Below, in pieces: positions 33,004 to 43,690 of a stretch of 64,000 bases of DNA. The translations under genes were made by a program, and so were the position numbers. Source of the DNA: an uncultured bacterium. GTDB taxonomy: Bacteria; Caldisericota; Caldisericia; JAAYUI01. A model generated the notes under the pieces. It made no database searches and was not told where the DNA came from. It saw nothing but the letters and a program-made list of their open reading frames with translations. The stretch spans positions 846 through 64,845 of the forward strand of contig CBDUSO010000006.1 of NCBI GenBank assembly GCA_965370295.1. Reading direction: 5' to 3'. Position 1 is the stretch's first letter. The number at the start of each line of letters is the position of its first letter.

Positions 33004-33642
33004 CTATCTCCTTAGATTGTGTATTGTATCTGCAAACAATCTTTTTTCTTTGTTTTTCATAAAACTTGAGCCCGATACAAGAATGTCTGCACCAGCTTTT
33101 ACAAGTTGCTCAGCATTATCCAGGCTCACACCACCATCAACTTCAAGTTTGAAGTTTCCAGGAAGTGATCTGATGCGTGAAACCCTATCAATTGTTTCGG
33201 GAATGAAGCTTTGACCAGACCTTCCAGGAATAACACCCATGACAGTGATAACATCCAAAAGCTGGGACATTCCTTCCAGCTTGCCTGTATCCGTATCTGG
33301 TGATATTGCTAGCCCTGCCTTCATTCCTGATTCCTTAACCTCTTCTATTTTCCTCTTATGGTCAATTTGAACTTCGATATGCCATACAAATGTATCTGCA
33401 CCCATGTTCCGAAATCTTTCAAGATAATCCATGGGATTATTTACCATCAGATGTGCGTAACAAGGTATCGTGCTTGATGCACAAATCTGTTCGCATGTTT
33501 TTATGCCCAACCCAATATTTGGAACAAAATGACCATCCATTATATCAAGGTGGACAACATCGGCATATTCTGTTATTTGATTGAGTTCATGCTGAAAATT
33601 CAGATGATTTCCAGCCATTATTGAGGGAGCTAAGAGTATCAT
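33004..33642 (-). CDS. rpe: Ribulose-phosphate 3-epimerase
   Basis: 212 aa with HLDIMDGHFVPN, the metal-binding His/Asp pattern, and a C-terminal GADILVSGS. Confidence 0.85.
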   Translation of the reverse strand: MILLAPSIMAGNHLNFQHELNQITEYADVVHLDIMDGHFVPNIGLGIKTCEQICASSTIPCYAHLMVNNPMDYLERFRNMGADTFVWHIEVQIDHKRKIEEVKESGMKAGLAISPDTDTGKLEGMSQLLDVITVMGVIPGRSGQSFIPETIDRVSRIRSLPGNFKLEVDGGVSLDNAEQLVKAGADILVSGSSFMKNKEKRLFADTIHNLRR

Positions 33643-34328
33643 GGTTTTATGTAAATATCGATTGGATTTTCAGAATCTACCTGCATGCCTGACTCGGGGT
33701 CCTGTCTCACGACATATCCGGCAGGGGAGTTTGTGTACGCTGACGGATCACTTATCAGAATCTGTCGGAGTCTCTCACCGTTAAAGCCCATCTCACCGAT
33801 AAGCGAAACGGCTTCATCGGGTGTCAAGCCGATAAGATTGGGCATCACGCTGTAAGAACCAATGGAAATTACAAGATTAACAGGTGTTCCTCTTCCAATT
33901 TTTGTCCCTTTTGCGGGGAATTGATCCTCAACTATCCCAACAACATTTGAGAAAGATTCTACCTCCTCAATTCCTCCAAGTTTGAGATTATTTTTTTGAA
34001 TTATTTTGTATGCTTCAAAAAAACTCAAACCAGTGAGTTCAGGCATTTCAATTTTCCCTCTTCCTTTTGACAGCACAATCGAAACCAATCTCGTTGATTT
34101 TATCATATCTCCAGGATTTGGAATTTGGGAGATAATACTGTTTTCGGGAACATTTTCTGAATATTTTTCTTCAACTATCTCGATATTGATCTCGTGTTCC
34201 TTTGCAATCTTTTCAGCGGTTTGATTATTTAGATTTATGAAACTGGGGACAACAATCAAAACATCATTTGTCCCTGCCCCGCATCCACCAACAAGCATTA
34301 TTATCAAGATAAACACAAGTTTCTTCAT
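33639..34328 (-). CDS. PASTA-domain lipoprotein
   Basis: Lipoprotein signal MKKLVFILIIMLVGGCGAG, with the start inferred at 34328 (the ORF is open to 34427). Three PASTA-like repeats follow (P.L.GL...A...I......L). Confidence 0.55.
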   Translation of the reverse strand: MKKLVFILIIMLVGGCGAGTNDVLIVVPSFINLNNQTAEKIAKEHEINIEIVEEKYSENVPENSIISQIPNPGDMIKSTRLVSIVLSKGRGKIEMPELTGLSFFEAYKIIQKNNLKLGGIEEVESFSNVVGIVEDQFPAKGTKIGRGTPVNLVISIGSYSVMPNLIGLTPDEAVSLIGEMGFNGERLRQILISDPSAYTNSPAGYVVRQDPESGMQVDSENPIDIYIKP

Positions 34329-34347
34329 GCCCCGAAGTATAGAGTGG

Positions 34348-36036
34348 TTACTTCTTTTTATCAAGTCCTGACTTCTTTCTGTGTTGAATCCTAAAGTGTT
34401 TACCCGCAAATCGATGAGATTCATCACGTATCTGCTTCACAAGTCGAAGTGCAAAACTACTCTCATCGAGCCTGATAGGTTCTGGATTTCCTGGCAAATA
34501 AATGAGTTCCTCCTGCTTTGCGAGAGACGCAACCTGGACATCAATATCCTTGAAGATTTTTTTTGCAACCGAGAGTTGTCCTTTTCCGCCATCAACAAGT
34601 ATCAGGTTTGGTTTTTCTGCAAACTCTTCATCATCCCAATGTTTACGTCTTCTAGTCAAAACCTCTTCCATCATTGCATAATCATCCGGTGTGTCCATTG
34701 ATTTTATTTTATAAATACGATACGCTTTTTTGTATGGGCGACCATCCTTGAAAACAACCTGTGAGCCAACCGCAGATGTCCCCTGAATATTTGCAATGTC
34801 ATAACCCTCAATGATTATTGGCAACTTTTTCAGGTTGAGGGCTTCCTTCAGTTCTGTCACGGCGTTGTCACCAATCAAGATTTTTTCTCTGCGAATCAGT
34901 TCTGCGAGATGATGTTTTGCATTGGTTTCTGCCATCTCAATCAGTTTTACCTTATCCCCTCGTTTGGGCTGAATTATTTTCACCTTGCGTTTGAAGGTTC
35001 TTGCTTCGTTGATGAATTCAAGGAGTTCTTTCTCACCATCTGGATGGCTGGAAACTAGAATCTCCATTGGAATATCCGAACCCTCTGTGGTGCTATAAAA
35101 ATTTTGCATGACAGAGCCAAGAAATTCAGACGGTGTTGAAGCAATACTGGAATTTAAAAAAAAGTGCTGATGGAATATTAATCTGCCCTGTCTCACTCGC
35201 ATATACTCGACACAAGCTCTATCCGAGGCATCAACAACAGCAACAAAAATATCTCGGTCAATCGGTTCGTCGGAAACCACCCGTTGAGACTCCATGATGC
35301 TGTGAAGCTGCTTGATGCTCTCTCGGTATCTTGCAGCTTCTTCAAACCTCAGCGAGTTTGATGCTGATTCCATCTTGGTAATCAGGGTTTTTTCCAGTTT
35401 TTTGTATCTTCCGGACAGGAGTAAAAGAAGCTCCGAGACAATATCGTTGTAATCTTCCTGTGAGATTGATTCGTTGCACGGAGCACTGCAGATTCCAATA
35501 TGATAATCCAGACAGGGTCGTGATTTTTGATCAGGAAGATTCAGCTTGCAGGTTCTGATTGGGTAGAACTGACGAATAGTTCGAATGTTTATTTTGAAAC
35601 TTCCACCCTTTGTGCTTGGTCCGAAGTAGTGACCCTTCAGACCATCCTTCGAGCGAGTTCGAAATATCCTTGGAAATGGTTCTTTTGTGACAACCAGATA
35701 GCTGTATTCCTTATCATCCCTCATCAAGATATTGTAATGCGGTTGATACTGTTTTATCAGATTGTTCTCAAGGATTAATGCCTCATGTGCAGAGTCTGTT
35801 ACGATGAAATCAATGTCTCTGGCATGGGAGACCATTGCTTTCACTTTCTGTGTTTGGTCACTTGGATTCATGTAGGAAGCGGTTCTATCTCGAAGAGACT
35901 TTGCCTTTCCCACATAAATCACTACACCTTCCTCATCCTTGAATAAATAAACGCCCGGGTCTTTTGGTAGGTTTGAAATCCTATCCTTCAGTTTGTTCAT
36001 CCACCCACCAAAACCAGGTTCGTTTTCTGAACTCAC
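34348..36036 (-). CDS. uvrC: Excinuclease ABC subunit C
   Basis: N-terminal GIY-YIG nuclease (GVYLFKDEEGVVIYVGKAKSLRDR), a UvrBC-interaction region, and a C-terminal RNase-H-like/HhH region. An alternative start is Met at 36000. Confidence 0.85.
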   Translation of the reverse strand: MSSENEPGFGGWMNKLKDRISNLPKDPGVYLFKDEEGVVIYVGKAKSLRDRTASYMNPSDQTQKVKAMVSHARDIDFIVTDSAHEALILENNLIKQYQPHYNILMRDDKEYSYLVVTKEPFPRIFRTRSKDGLKGHYFGPSTKGGSFKINIRTIRQFYPIRTCKLNLPDQKSRPCLDYHIGICSAPCNESISQEDYNDIVSELLLLLSGRYKKLEKTLITKMESASNSLRFEEAARYRESIKQLHSIMESQRVVSDEPIDRDIFVAVVDASDRACVEYMRVRQGRLIFHQHFFLNSSIASTPSEFLGSVMQNFYSTTEGSDIPMEILVSSHPDGEKELLEFINEARTFKRKVKIIQPKRGDKVKLIEMAETNAKHHLAELIRREKILIGDNAVTELKEALNLKKLPIIIEGYDIANIQGTSAVGSQVVFKDGRPYKKAYRIYKIKSMDTPDDYAMMEEVLTRRRKHWDDEEFAEKPNLILVDGGKGQLSVAKKIFKDIDVQVASLAKQEELIYLPGNPEPIRLDESSFALRLVKQIRDESHRFAGKHFRIQHRKKSGLDKKK

Positions 36037-36202
36037 CTTTGATGAATCCTTGAGCTTTCAGGGACGGGAGGAAGCGACCGGCGGCATCATTGCAAGCAAT
36101 TCCCATTGCTTTTATTTCAATCTCAATTTCACCTGTGGTCATCTTGCCTTTTCCAGCAAGTATATCGATTACAAATTCTGCTTCATCTGGTATTTCTGTC
36201 AT
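35981..36202 (-). CDS. Small putative winged-helix protein (73 aa)
   Basis: MTTGEIEIEIKAMGIACNDAAGRFLPSLKAQGFIKGEFRKRTWFW looks like a helix-turn-helix plus wing. It is wedged between the giant surface protein gene and uvrC, with overlaps at both ends. Existence is uncertain. Confidence 0.3.
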   Translation of the reverse strand: MTEIPDEAEFVIDILAGKGKMTTGEIEIEIKAMGIACNDAAGRFLPSLKAQGFIKGEFRKRTWFWWVDEQTEG

Positions 36203-39200
36203 GGTTGATACTCCAAGTAGATTTGGTCTTTACCTTTTTTTGGCTCGTAATAACAGCCAATTATTTCACAAATTGTTTCAAACTCAATGAACACCTTGTT
36301 GCCTTCAATCAATACCGGTGCATTTGCTTTGAATTTTTCAAGCCCGGCAAGGATTTCACTTCGTCCGCCTGCAACACTTATTTCCCAAACTTCAAATCTT
36401 CCAATTGCACGTTTTCCATCCGGGAAAACTTCCAAGTTGCCCCCAAGGATTGAAAGCAATTCGGTAGCATTTACAAGAATCTTGTTTCCATCAATCTTTG
36501 AATCAATCTTGATTGAACTCTTTTTACCGTTTATATCAACGGCACTTGTTTTTGTGTTTATGGTGATCTCCATGGGAATAATTTCTCTGAATGGATTATA
36601 CTCAATGGGAATGATTCTTGTCCCACCGTTTGATTCAATCGTCACAAACCCACGTTCTGGAAATATTGGGGCATTATTCTCAATTGTGAATGAAAATGTT
36701 TCCGAACCCGCGGTTGAGAACTTTGAGATTGTTGGTTTGAGATACTCAAGGTTACAGGTAATAATTCCTCCAAGTGTTCCAACACCATCATTAGTTATTT
36801 CAATCTCAGGAATTTTTGCGTTTTCTTCAATTCCAAGCAATCTTCTGATTCTGTATTCTAGTCCCCTTACTCCCTGTTCCCAGAATCCGACTTCAGTGTG
36901 AACCCATTCCATATCTTCATTCACAAGAATCAATCTTGGAATCGATCGACCCTCATAAGCCTCCCAGGCAGTTCGTTCCGGTCTGTCATCATAAACCATT
37001 GGATATGTAACCTTATCAATTCCCAATTTCTTCAAATTGGATTGAATGTGAGTTGATGTTTCCAGCGAGTCCAGCACCTCATCATCGCCAACACCCTCTC
37101 TGTCTGTAATCACGCCAATTACGGCAAGTCCCTTATCCTTGTAGAGTCGATAAATTCTTTCCATGTATGGTATTCCCGCTTTGCAGGGGGGACACCAGGT
37201 TGCCCAGAAATCAATCATTATCAGTTTCACATCATCCCTCGCAGCGACATCTGAAAGTTTGGTTTTGCTACCATCACTATATGGATAATTGTCAAGCTCA
37301 AAATCAATTGCTGGTCTGTGTCCTCCGGGTCTCGGAATAAAGTCGTTTATTTGAATCTTTGAACTTGATAGTTTTAGTCTCGGTTTTGTTATGCTCCCCT
37401 TCACCTTGTCAGCAATCACAACTGTTGTTTTGTCAAATTGGATAACCGTTGCTCCGGCAAACTCAGAGAGAAACTTGATTGGACCATAGAGAACCCCGCC
37501 AGACATCGTGAACGGCTGATTGAATTCAACCCTCTCACCACCGGATAAAGCTTCTTTTTTTCCAACCTCAAATGACACATCGTTATCACCCGCAATCACT
37601 CTAACTCCAAAACTGGATGGATACACAACCTCTGCACCGATTGCCTGAAGTATCAAGCCAATCGGGCCAACAGGATCATCGCCCGACAAGCAAGGTGTGG
37701 GCAACTCTTTATCAATTCCATCAATCCGTATTTCGTTCACTCCATCATGAAATGATGAAAAAGTTTTGTCACTCTCAATCTTCCAACACCTGACGGGGAT
37801 GTGGATTGTGTTTGATTTTCCGAGAAGAGTGAGTTCAAACGAACTGAATTTTTTATCCCAGGTTACCTCTTTGGGATTGAAACTCACAGCAACACTTGAT
37901 GGTGAAGATGAAAATTCACCCGATAAAATCTTTATTTCTTGGGCACTTGAAGTCAATCTTCCACTGCCCGCTCTGCCCCCCTGGTTTTTGATATTGATAA
38001 CATCGACATCTGGTGGCACAAATCCGGAACCTTCGACCAGACTTACAACCGCCTGTTCAAGATAGAGAACTTGATTGTTTTCAAATTGTGGTAACCAGAA
38101 AACAAGCTCGTTGTCCCTGTCTACAATGTATAATCTTGGCAAAGAAACACCGGGAAACTCAGAGCAGACTTGACCCCTGTCATCAAAAATAATTGGTGTT
38201 GTGATTCCTGTTAAGGACAGATTTGAGAGATAGTTTGTGATTATTCTGTTTCCTGATAGATAGCTCTCAACCTCCGAATCAGCAGGAATTTGTGCAGATA
38301 CCAGATACGACTTTAGTCCTGAGTCTGAAAATCTCGAATGGATTGACTCAATGTAAGGGATAACCTCTGAACTGGTATCACTCTCATCAAAAAAGCAATA
38401 GAGCTTGTAATCGTTTTTGTCGTCAGTTGAGCTGTAAAATCCATCTTTCCTGAGCGGGTAGGTTGGGCAAACAAAATCAGTCATCTCATTTCCAAGTATT
38501 GATTCAGAATAAACAAGATCAATGCTTGGTTTGCTGGTAATCAAGTGAGATTCCTTTTCTTTGTTTGACTTCATCTTGATTGCAGAAAGATATGGAAGAT
38601 CAACTATCTCCCACTCAAACGCAAGTGCCAACACAGTCCATGGCAAATAAACTTCAGATTCATTCATTATTTCAAATCCAAATCGCCATTTCGTATGCTC
38701 GTCATTCAACCAGAAATCTCCAGTTTCAGCTGATAGTCTGAGATTGTTCCCGCCAAGATAGATATTCATTTCTTTTGAGACGGAGTCAAAGCCATAAGTT
38801 CCACCAACTGCGGTGATTATCTTGCTTGCATTTGTTGCATAAAGACCGTTTATCATCACAACTTTATCAGTTTGAATCTGACCATTCACGTACCATGTAT
38901 TTGTGTTGTCGCATTCAAAAAATACTGAATCTTGCGGATAAATTGAAATATCTACTCTGCAGACATCCATACCGCCATTGGTATTAACAATCAAATAATT
39001 GATACCCTTGTATCCACCTTCAACAAAAACAGGCTCAAGTTCGATCTGACCATTTCTAATCTCTGCCGACAACCCATCACCGATAACCTCTACGCTATCA
39101 ACTGTAAGATTACCCGCTCCAATATTCTCGACCTCGATTTTCTCTCGAGGAATTACTCCATCTTCTCTTGCGTTTATCCACTCGATAGAGACATGTCTGT

Positions 39201-42200
39201 TGCTCAGCTGTGGAATTGGTTTTGTTTTATTTTCATCCAGAGTTACCTTTACCCCTTTGGACTCAGGAATCCATTCGACATCCGCACCAAACGCCTCTCC
39301 GATAAATCTGAAGGGAACAAATGTGCGACCTTCAACTATCATTGGGGGTCTGACAAGCTTTGTGGGGATGCCATTTATTTTACCCTCAGGATTATTTATC
39401 TGAATCTCAACGAGAGTTTTTCCAAGCATAGCGATAACAGTTTTTGTGTCTGGAACCCAGGTAATCTCTGCCCCGAATGCTTCACCAATAAATCTGAAGG
39501 GAACCATTGTAGTGTCGATGTGGATGAACGGTGCATTGTCGAGTAAAAATTCTTCTCCGTCGACAAAAGCATTTTTTGAACCTATCTGAACCTCGATGGT
39601 TTTCAGTGATGTTGGGATTGAGTGTGTGACAGATATTGATGCTTCCATATCGTCGCATCCGACAGTGAGGTTGGCTTTCATTTCCCCACCAGGGGTCATC
39701 AACGCAGTGTTAAAGCCCACAGTGATTTCACTTGAATTGTTTAAATCAATCATATCTGGATAACAGAATAGCCAATCCTCATCGACTTCAATCTTATATA
39801 ATCCCTTTTTGTTGGATGATATTTTGAAGGTATCTGGTTTTTCAGAAGCTAAAATTGAAAGGGTTGTTGGCTCGGCGTTCCAGCTCAAATGATGGGTTTT
39901 TTCGTCAACCGAAACACTCACGCCAATTTTTGAAAGAAGGTCGCTTGGAATGAAATATTCACCATCTGGGGCGACATAAACAATGGACTCCAGCTTGACC
40001 GGTTTATTTCCAATCACGGCAACGTTTGTTCCAGCCCAAAGCCTTACGATATGATCACCCAAAACCAATATTTTCTGGTCACCATTTGTCGATAAATCAG
40101 CACCGTATGCCATGGATATTACAGAAGCGGGGTAGAGGAATCCAGTGTCAACTTCCTTTATCTCGTTGTCAATCGGTTTCTTACTTCCCGCAATTATTGC
40201 ACTCTTTGTGTTTTCTTCAATTTCAACTTCAATAATAGGTGTAGGGCTTGAAACAACGGTTGCAGGAATAAACATTATTCCACCGGTTGTATCAAGTGTG
40301 AGCATGCAGGTGTTCAATCCAGATTCTGTTATCTTTGAAACATCAACTGTTGCGACAATAGTTGTGGTCTCAGGATTAATTTTATTTGGTGTGATTTTTA
40401 GCCAGTCCGCACATGAAGTAATCGTTCCATCCATCGGACCATCACCGGTATTTTTGACTTCAAATGAGATTTCTTTTGGTGTAAAATCTTTTGAAACATA
40501 CCCAAAGTTGAGCATGTCTTTTGAAACATTTAGCTTTGGACGTGGTCCAAAATTGATGATTAGTTGTCTAATAAGTTTATCACCAGTCCCCACCTGGTTG
40601 GCAGTAACTGTTATCTCATTATCACCCTCAACAAGTGGAATTTCTAATGAAAAACGACCACTCTCAGATGCAATCGCCGAACGACCACCAACATAAACCA
40701 TCGCCCCTCTACCCGTGTATCCAGTTAATTTGTAGGTTGGATTTGTAGCCATAATTTTTTCTTCACTGGGAACATCAAGATACAGATAGAACGGATCAGT
40801 CAGCTTACATGTTGCATGGGTTACTGCTTTTGCGATAAGTGCAATTCCATCAACTGAGATATTTTCAATGGTATCCTCAGGAACATGCCATTTCATTCCA
40901 CCACTGCCCTGAAAGAAGATGTAGGGTATGCCTCTCTCCATAAACGGTGCATGGTCAGCGTTGGCAGCAGGTTTGAACTGCCTGTAGTCAGCACCCAGAA
41001 CAGCACAGGTATTTTTCAGAATATTTATCAGGTGAGCATGGGCTTCCTCTGTACCACATCTGACAATGTTAGTATTTCCTGAGACCATATCCATATTGAA
41101 AACGGTCATCCCATCGAGTGGGAACGGTGGATTCCCTGCAAGGTATCTTGAGCCAACTAAACCAACCTCTTCAGCTGAGAACGCAACAAACGCCAGGTTT
41201 GTATGAGTTCTTGCGTTTGATTCCGTAAAAACTCGTGCAATCTCAAGCATGGCAGAAACGCCCGAAGCATTGTCGCAAGCACCATTATAAATGTCACCCT
41301 TCGGATCAACTCCAACATGGTCATAATGAGCCGTTATCATCACGGTTTGGTTTACACCAAACGGGTCAGTTGCGGGTATGTAGCCGATGATATTTGAGGT
41401 GTCAACGCCACTCTCATACTTGATGTTTACTTCTAAATCTATCTTTATTCCTTCAAAATCAAAAGAATGTGGTCCTTTTTTCTCATCAATCAGGTCAAAC
41501 AATTCTTCTGATGTATAGTCATGATACGCAAACAGTTTGTCCGAACCGCCAACCGACATGAAGAGACAGGGCATATCTGAGTCACGCCCAGAACCCTGTT
41601 TGATATTAAGACCATACTGTCTTGAAGCGGGTAACTTTGGATTTTCAAGGATAATAATGCCAACGGCACCATGTCGCTTCGCATTTGCAATCTTTGTCGT
41701 GAAATACATATGCCCATATAGTTCTTCATGTTCACCAAACATATCTTCAACAAATTTTGGAGCGTGCCTGAGGATTGCTACAATTTTTCCCTTTGCATCA
41801 ATCCCTTTGTAATCATCATACTCCAAAACATCTCCAGTTGAGGTGATTCCAAAACCAGCAAATACAACAGGTGCTGTTGCTTTTCCCGTACCCGAGTAAA
41901 CATTGATGTTGTAATCTTTTCGATATTCAAATTCAGTTTTAACAGACCCGTTGTTGTCCAAGACATCGAATGTTAAAGGAGCTTCAGGATACCAGACAGT
42001 AGCAGGAAAATGCTGAAGATAAGTTCCATCATCACCGGCAGGATTCAACCCCATCTCTTTGAACTGATCAACAATATAATCTTCGGCAAGTTGTATTCCC
42101 TCTTCGCCAACCATTCTTCCCTTGAATCTATCGCTTGCCAGAACCTCAACATGTTCTCTGAGATTTTCTGTGTTAATCTGTTCGACTAGTCCTGCAAAAG

Positions 42201-42294
42201 AATAATCCGCTCCGGCGTTGGATATACCAAGATTGAACGTTCCCAGAACAAGAACGATTACTAGAAATACGCTTATACGTTTGCTTATTTTCAT
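36199..42294 (-). CDS. Giant (2031 aa) secreted multidomain protein carrying an N-terminal PA/M28 aminopeptidase domain, internal CuAO-N-like repeats and a TlpA-like thioredoxin domain
   Basis: Signal peptide. M28 motifs are present (HYDHVG, DNASGVSAMLEIARVF, metal-ligand pattern). Two CuAO-N-like modules lie near aa 880-1010 (TMVPFRFIGEAFGAEITW / RTFVPFRFIGEAFGADVEW). A thioredoxin CxxC motif (DFWATWCPPCKAG) sits near aa 1695, about nt 37212. Confidence 0.7.
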   Translation of the reverse strand: MKISKRISVFLVIVLVLGTFNLGISNAGADYSFAGLVEQINTENLREHVEVLASDRFKGRMVGEEGIQLAEDYIVDQFKEMGLNPAGDDGTYLQHFPATVWYPEAPLTFDVLDNNGSVKTEFEYRKDYNINVYSGTGKATAPVVFAGFGITSTGDVLEYDDYKGIDAKGKIVAILRHAPKFVEDMFGEHEELYGHMYFTTKIANAKRHGAVGIIILENPKLPASRQYGLNIKQGSGRDSDMPCLFMSVGGSDKLFAYHDYTSEELFDLIDEKKGPHSFDFEGIKIDLEVNIKYESGVDTSNIIGYIPATDPFGVNQTVMITAHYDHVGVDPKGDIYNGACDNASGVSAMLEIARVFTESNARTHTNLAFVAFSAEEVGLVGSRYLAGNPPFPLDGMTVFNMDMVSGNTNIVRCGTEEAHAHLINILKNTCAVLGADYRQFKPAANADHAPFMERGIPYIFFQGSGGMKWHVPEDTIENISVDGIALIAKAVTHATCKLTDPFYLYLDVPSEEKIMATNPTYKLTGYTGRGAMVYVGGRSAIASESGRFSLEIPLVEGDNEITVTANQVGTGDKLIRQLIINFGPRPKLNVSKDMLNFGYVSKDFTPKEISFEVKNTGDGPMDGTITSCADWLKITPNKINPETTTIVATVDVSKITESGLNTCMLTLDTTGGIMFIPATVVSSPTPIIEVEIEENTKSAIIAGSKKPIDNEIKEVDTGFLYPASVISMAYGADLSTNGDQKILVLGDHIVRLWAGTNVAVIGNKPVKLESIVYVAPDGEYFIPSDLLSKIGVSVSVDEKTHHLSWNAEPTTLSILASEKPDTFKISSNKKGLYKIEVDEDWLFCYPDMIDLNNSSEITVGFNTALMTPGGEMKANLTVGCDDMEASISVTHSIPTSLKTIEVQIGSKNAFVDGEEFLLDNAPFIHIDTTMVPFRFIGEAFGAEITWVPDTKTVIAMLGKTLVEIQINNPEGKINGIPTKLVRPPMIVEGRTFVPFRFIGEAFGADVEWIPESKGVKVTLDENKTKPIPQLSNRHVSIEWINAREDGVIPREKIEVENIGAGNLTVDSVEVIGDGLSAEIRNGQIELEPVFVEGGYKGINYLIVNTNGGMDVCRVDISIYPQDSVFFECDNTNTWYVNGQIQTDKVVMINGLYATNASKIITAVGGTYGFDSVSKEMNIYLGGNNLRLSAETGDFWLNDEHTKWRFGFEIMNESEVYLPWTVLALAFEWEIVDLPYLSAIKMKSNKEKESHLITSKPSIDLVYSESILGNEMTDFVCPTYPLRKDGFYSSTDDKNDYKLYCFFDESDTSSEVIPYIESIHSRFSDSGLKSYLVSAQIPADSEVESYLSGNRIITNYLSNLSLTGITTPIIFDDRGQVCSEFPGVSLPRLYIVDRDNELVFWLPQFENNQVLYLEQAVVSLVEGSGFVPPDVDVINIKNQGGRAGSGRLTSSAQEIKILSGEFSSSPSSVAVSFNPKEVTWDKKFSSFELTLLGKSNTIHIPVRCWKIESDKTFSSFHDGVNEIRIDGIDKELPTPCLSGDDPVGPIGLILQAIGAEVVYPSSFGVRVIAGDNDVSFEVGKKEALSGGERVEFNQPFTMSGGVLYGPIKFLSEFAGATVIQFDKTTVVIADKVKGSITKPRLKLSSSKIQINDFIPRPGGHRPAIDFELDNYPYSDGSKTKLSDVAARDDVKLIMIDFWATWCPPCKAGIPYMERIYRLYKDKGLAVIGVITDREGVGDDEVLDSLETSTHIQSNLKKLGIDKVTYPMVYDDRPERTAWEAYEGRSIPRLILVNEDMEWVHTEVGFWEQGVRGLEYRIRRLLGIEENAKIPEIEITNDGVGTLGGIITCNLEYLKPTISKFSTAGSETFSFTIENNAPIFPERGFVTIESNGGTRIIPIEYNPFREIIPMEITINTKTSAVDINGKKSSIKIDSKIDGNKILVNATELLSILGGNLEVFPDGKRAIGRFEVWEISVAGGRSEILAGLEKFKANAPVLIEGNKVFIEFETICEIIGCYYEPKKGKDQIYLEYQP

Positions 42295-42296
42295 GA

Positions 42297-43499
42297 TTAT
42301 TCCTCCGCCAAAATCTCAGTAAGTGCGTTTGTAAAAGTGTCGATCTCTTCGATTGTGTTGTACAGATAGGTTGAAACTCTCAAGGTTCCATCTATTCCAG
42401 TTTTGTTGAACCATCCATGAACACAATGTCTTCCCGCTCTTATCATAATATCAACCATGTCATCAAGTGCCATCGCAAGATCATGAACATTGAAATCTTT
42501 TACAGAGATACTTGTAATCCCGCCTCTGTCCTCTGGTTTTTGTGGACCAATTATTGTCACATCCGGGAATGTCACCAGTGTTTTTTGAAGATGTTTACTG
42601 AGTTCAACTTCATGGTCGTGAACATTTTTCAAGCCGATTTCTTCAAGATATTCAACGGCATGTTTTACAGCAATTATTCCCGCATAGTTTTGAAGTCCTG
42701 CTTCAAATATTCTTGGTGGCTCAAGAAGGGTGGCATTTTCATAGGAAACATCGATGACTGTTCCACCACCTCGTATAAATGGGCTAAGTTCTTCCAGCCT
42801 CTCTTTTTTTCCGTAGAGAATTCCAACACCAGTTGGTCCACACATTTTGTGAACTGATAGAGCAAGGAAATCACAGTCAATATCGACGACATCAATCTTT
42901 TGATGAGCCGCACCCTGTGCACCATCGACACATGTCATCACATCATATTTTTTTGCAATACTACAGAGCTCTTTTATTGGTGTTGTCTCACCATCAAGAT
43001 TTGAAGTCATGTAACACGTTAGAAATTTTGGTTTGTGCTTTTTGATTGCGATTTCCCAGTTTTCGAGTGAAAAAAGATTATTCTCGTCAGATTCAACAAC
43101 CACCACCTTAACACCGATAGCTCTCAGATGCTGCCAGGCAAGAAAATTTGAGTTGTGTTCTTTGTCAGAAACCAGCATGGAATCACCCGATTTCCAATCA
43201 ATACCCAATGCAACAATATTTAATGCTTCAGTAGTATTTTTTGTGAAAACAATTTCTGAATTGGAGTTTGCACCGATAAACCTTTGCATCGCTTTTCTGG
43301 AGTCGAGCATTGCGGTATTCATTCGATATGCCAGCTTATGACCAGAGCGACCCTCGCAGACCGGATACTCTCGGTAGTACTCAGAGATTGCATCAATAAC
43401 CACATTTGGTTTCAATGTCATACAGGCATTATCAAAATAAATCGGTGGATTTTCTTTTGCTAAAAGAGGAAAATCATTTCTGTATTTCTTATCTATCAT
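42297..43499 (-). CDS. Cysteine desulfurase / selenocysteine lyase (class V aminotransferase, SufS/CsdA-like)
   Basis: 400 aa with the PLP-Lys motif SVHKMCGPTGVGILY and the conserved Cys region in RAGRHCVHGW. Confidence 0.8.
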   Translation of the reverse strand: MIDKKYRNDFPLLAKENPPIYFDNACMTLKPNVVIDAISEYYREYPVCEGRSGHKLAYRMNTAMLDSRKAMQRFIGANSNSEIVFTKNTTEALNIVALGIDWKSGDSMLVSDKEHNSNFLAWQHLRAIGVKVVVVESDENNLFSLENWEIAIKKHKPKFLTCYMTSNLDGETTPIKELCSIAKKYDVMTCVDGAQGAAHQKIDVVDIDCDFLALSVHKMCGPTGVGILYGKKERLEELSPFIRGGGTVIDVSYENATLLEPPRIFEAGLQNYAGIIAVKHAVEYLEEIGLKNVHDHEVELSKHLQKTLVTFPDVTIIGPQKPEDRGGITSISVKDFNVHDLAMALDDMVDIMIRAGRHCVHGWFNKTGIDGTLRVSTYLYNTIEEIDTFTNALTEILAEE

Positions 43500-43690
43500 T
43501 ATTCACCACACCTTTCACATGATCCTGATGTACAGGAGCTACAAGCAGAGGAAGAACCAGCAATTTGAGATACTAACTTTGAAATATTTTTGTTGCCACA
43601 ATTTGGACAGTCAGGAGCATCTGCATCCATCTGAACAAGTTCAGTGAATTTATGCCCACAATCATTACATTTGTACTCATATATCGGCAT
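43499..43690 (-). CDS. FmdB-family zinc-ribbon protein
   Basis: MPIYEYKCNDCGHKFTEL...CPNCG is the hallmark FmdB N-terminus. The start is inferred at the Met of MPIYEY (the ORF is open to 43747). Confidence 0.55.
   Translation of the reverse strand: MPIYEYKCNDCGHKFTELVQMDADAPDCPNCGNKNISKLVSQIAGSSSACSSCTSGSCERCGE

Noticed and set aside
36287-40696. Several 100-200-aa plus-strand ORFs (36287..36901, 37766..38065, 40145..40696 and others)
   Set aside because: All lie antisense within the 2031-aa minus-strand gene, which has coherent M28/CuAO-N/thioredoxin motifs. They are low-complexity Ser/Pro/Ile-rich translations typical of shadow ORFs.
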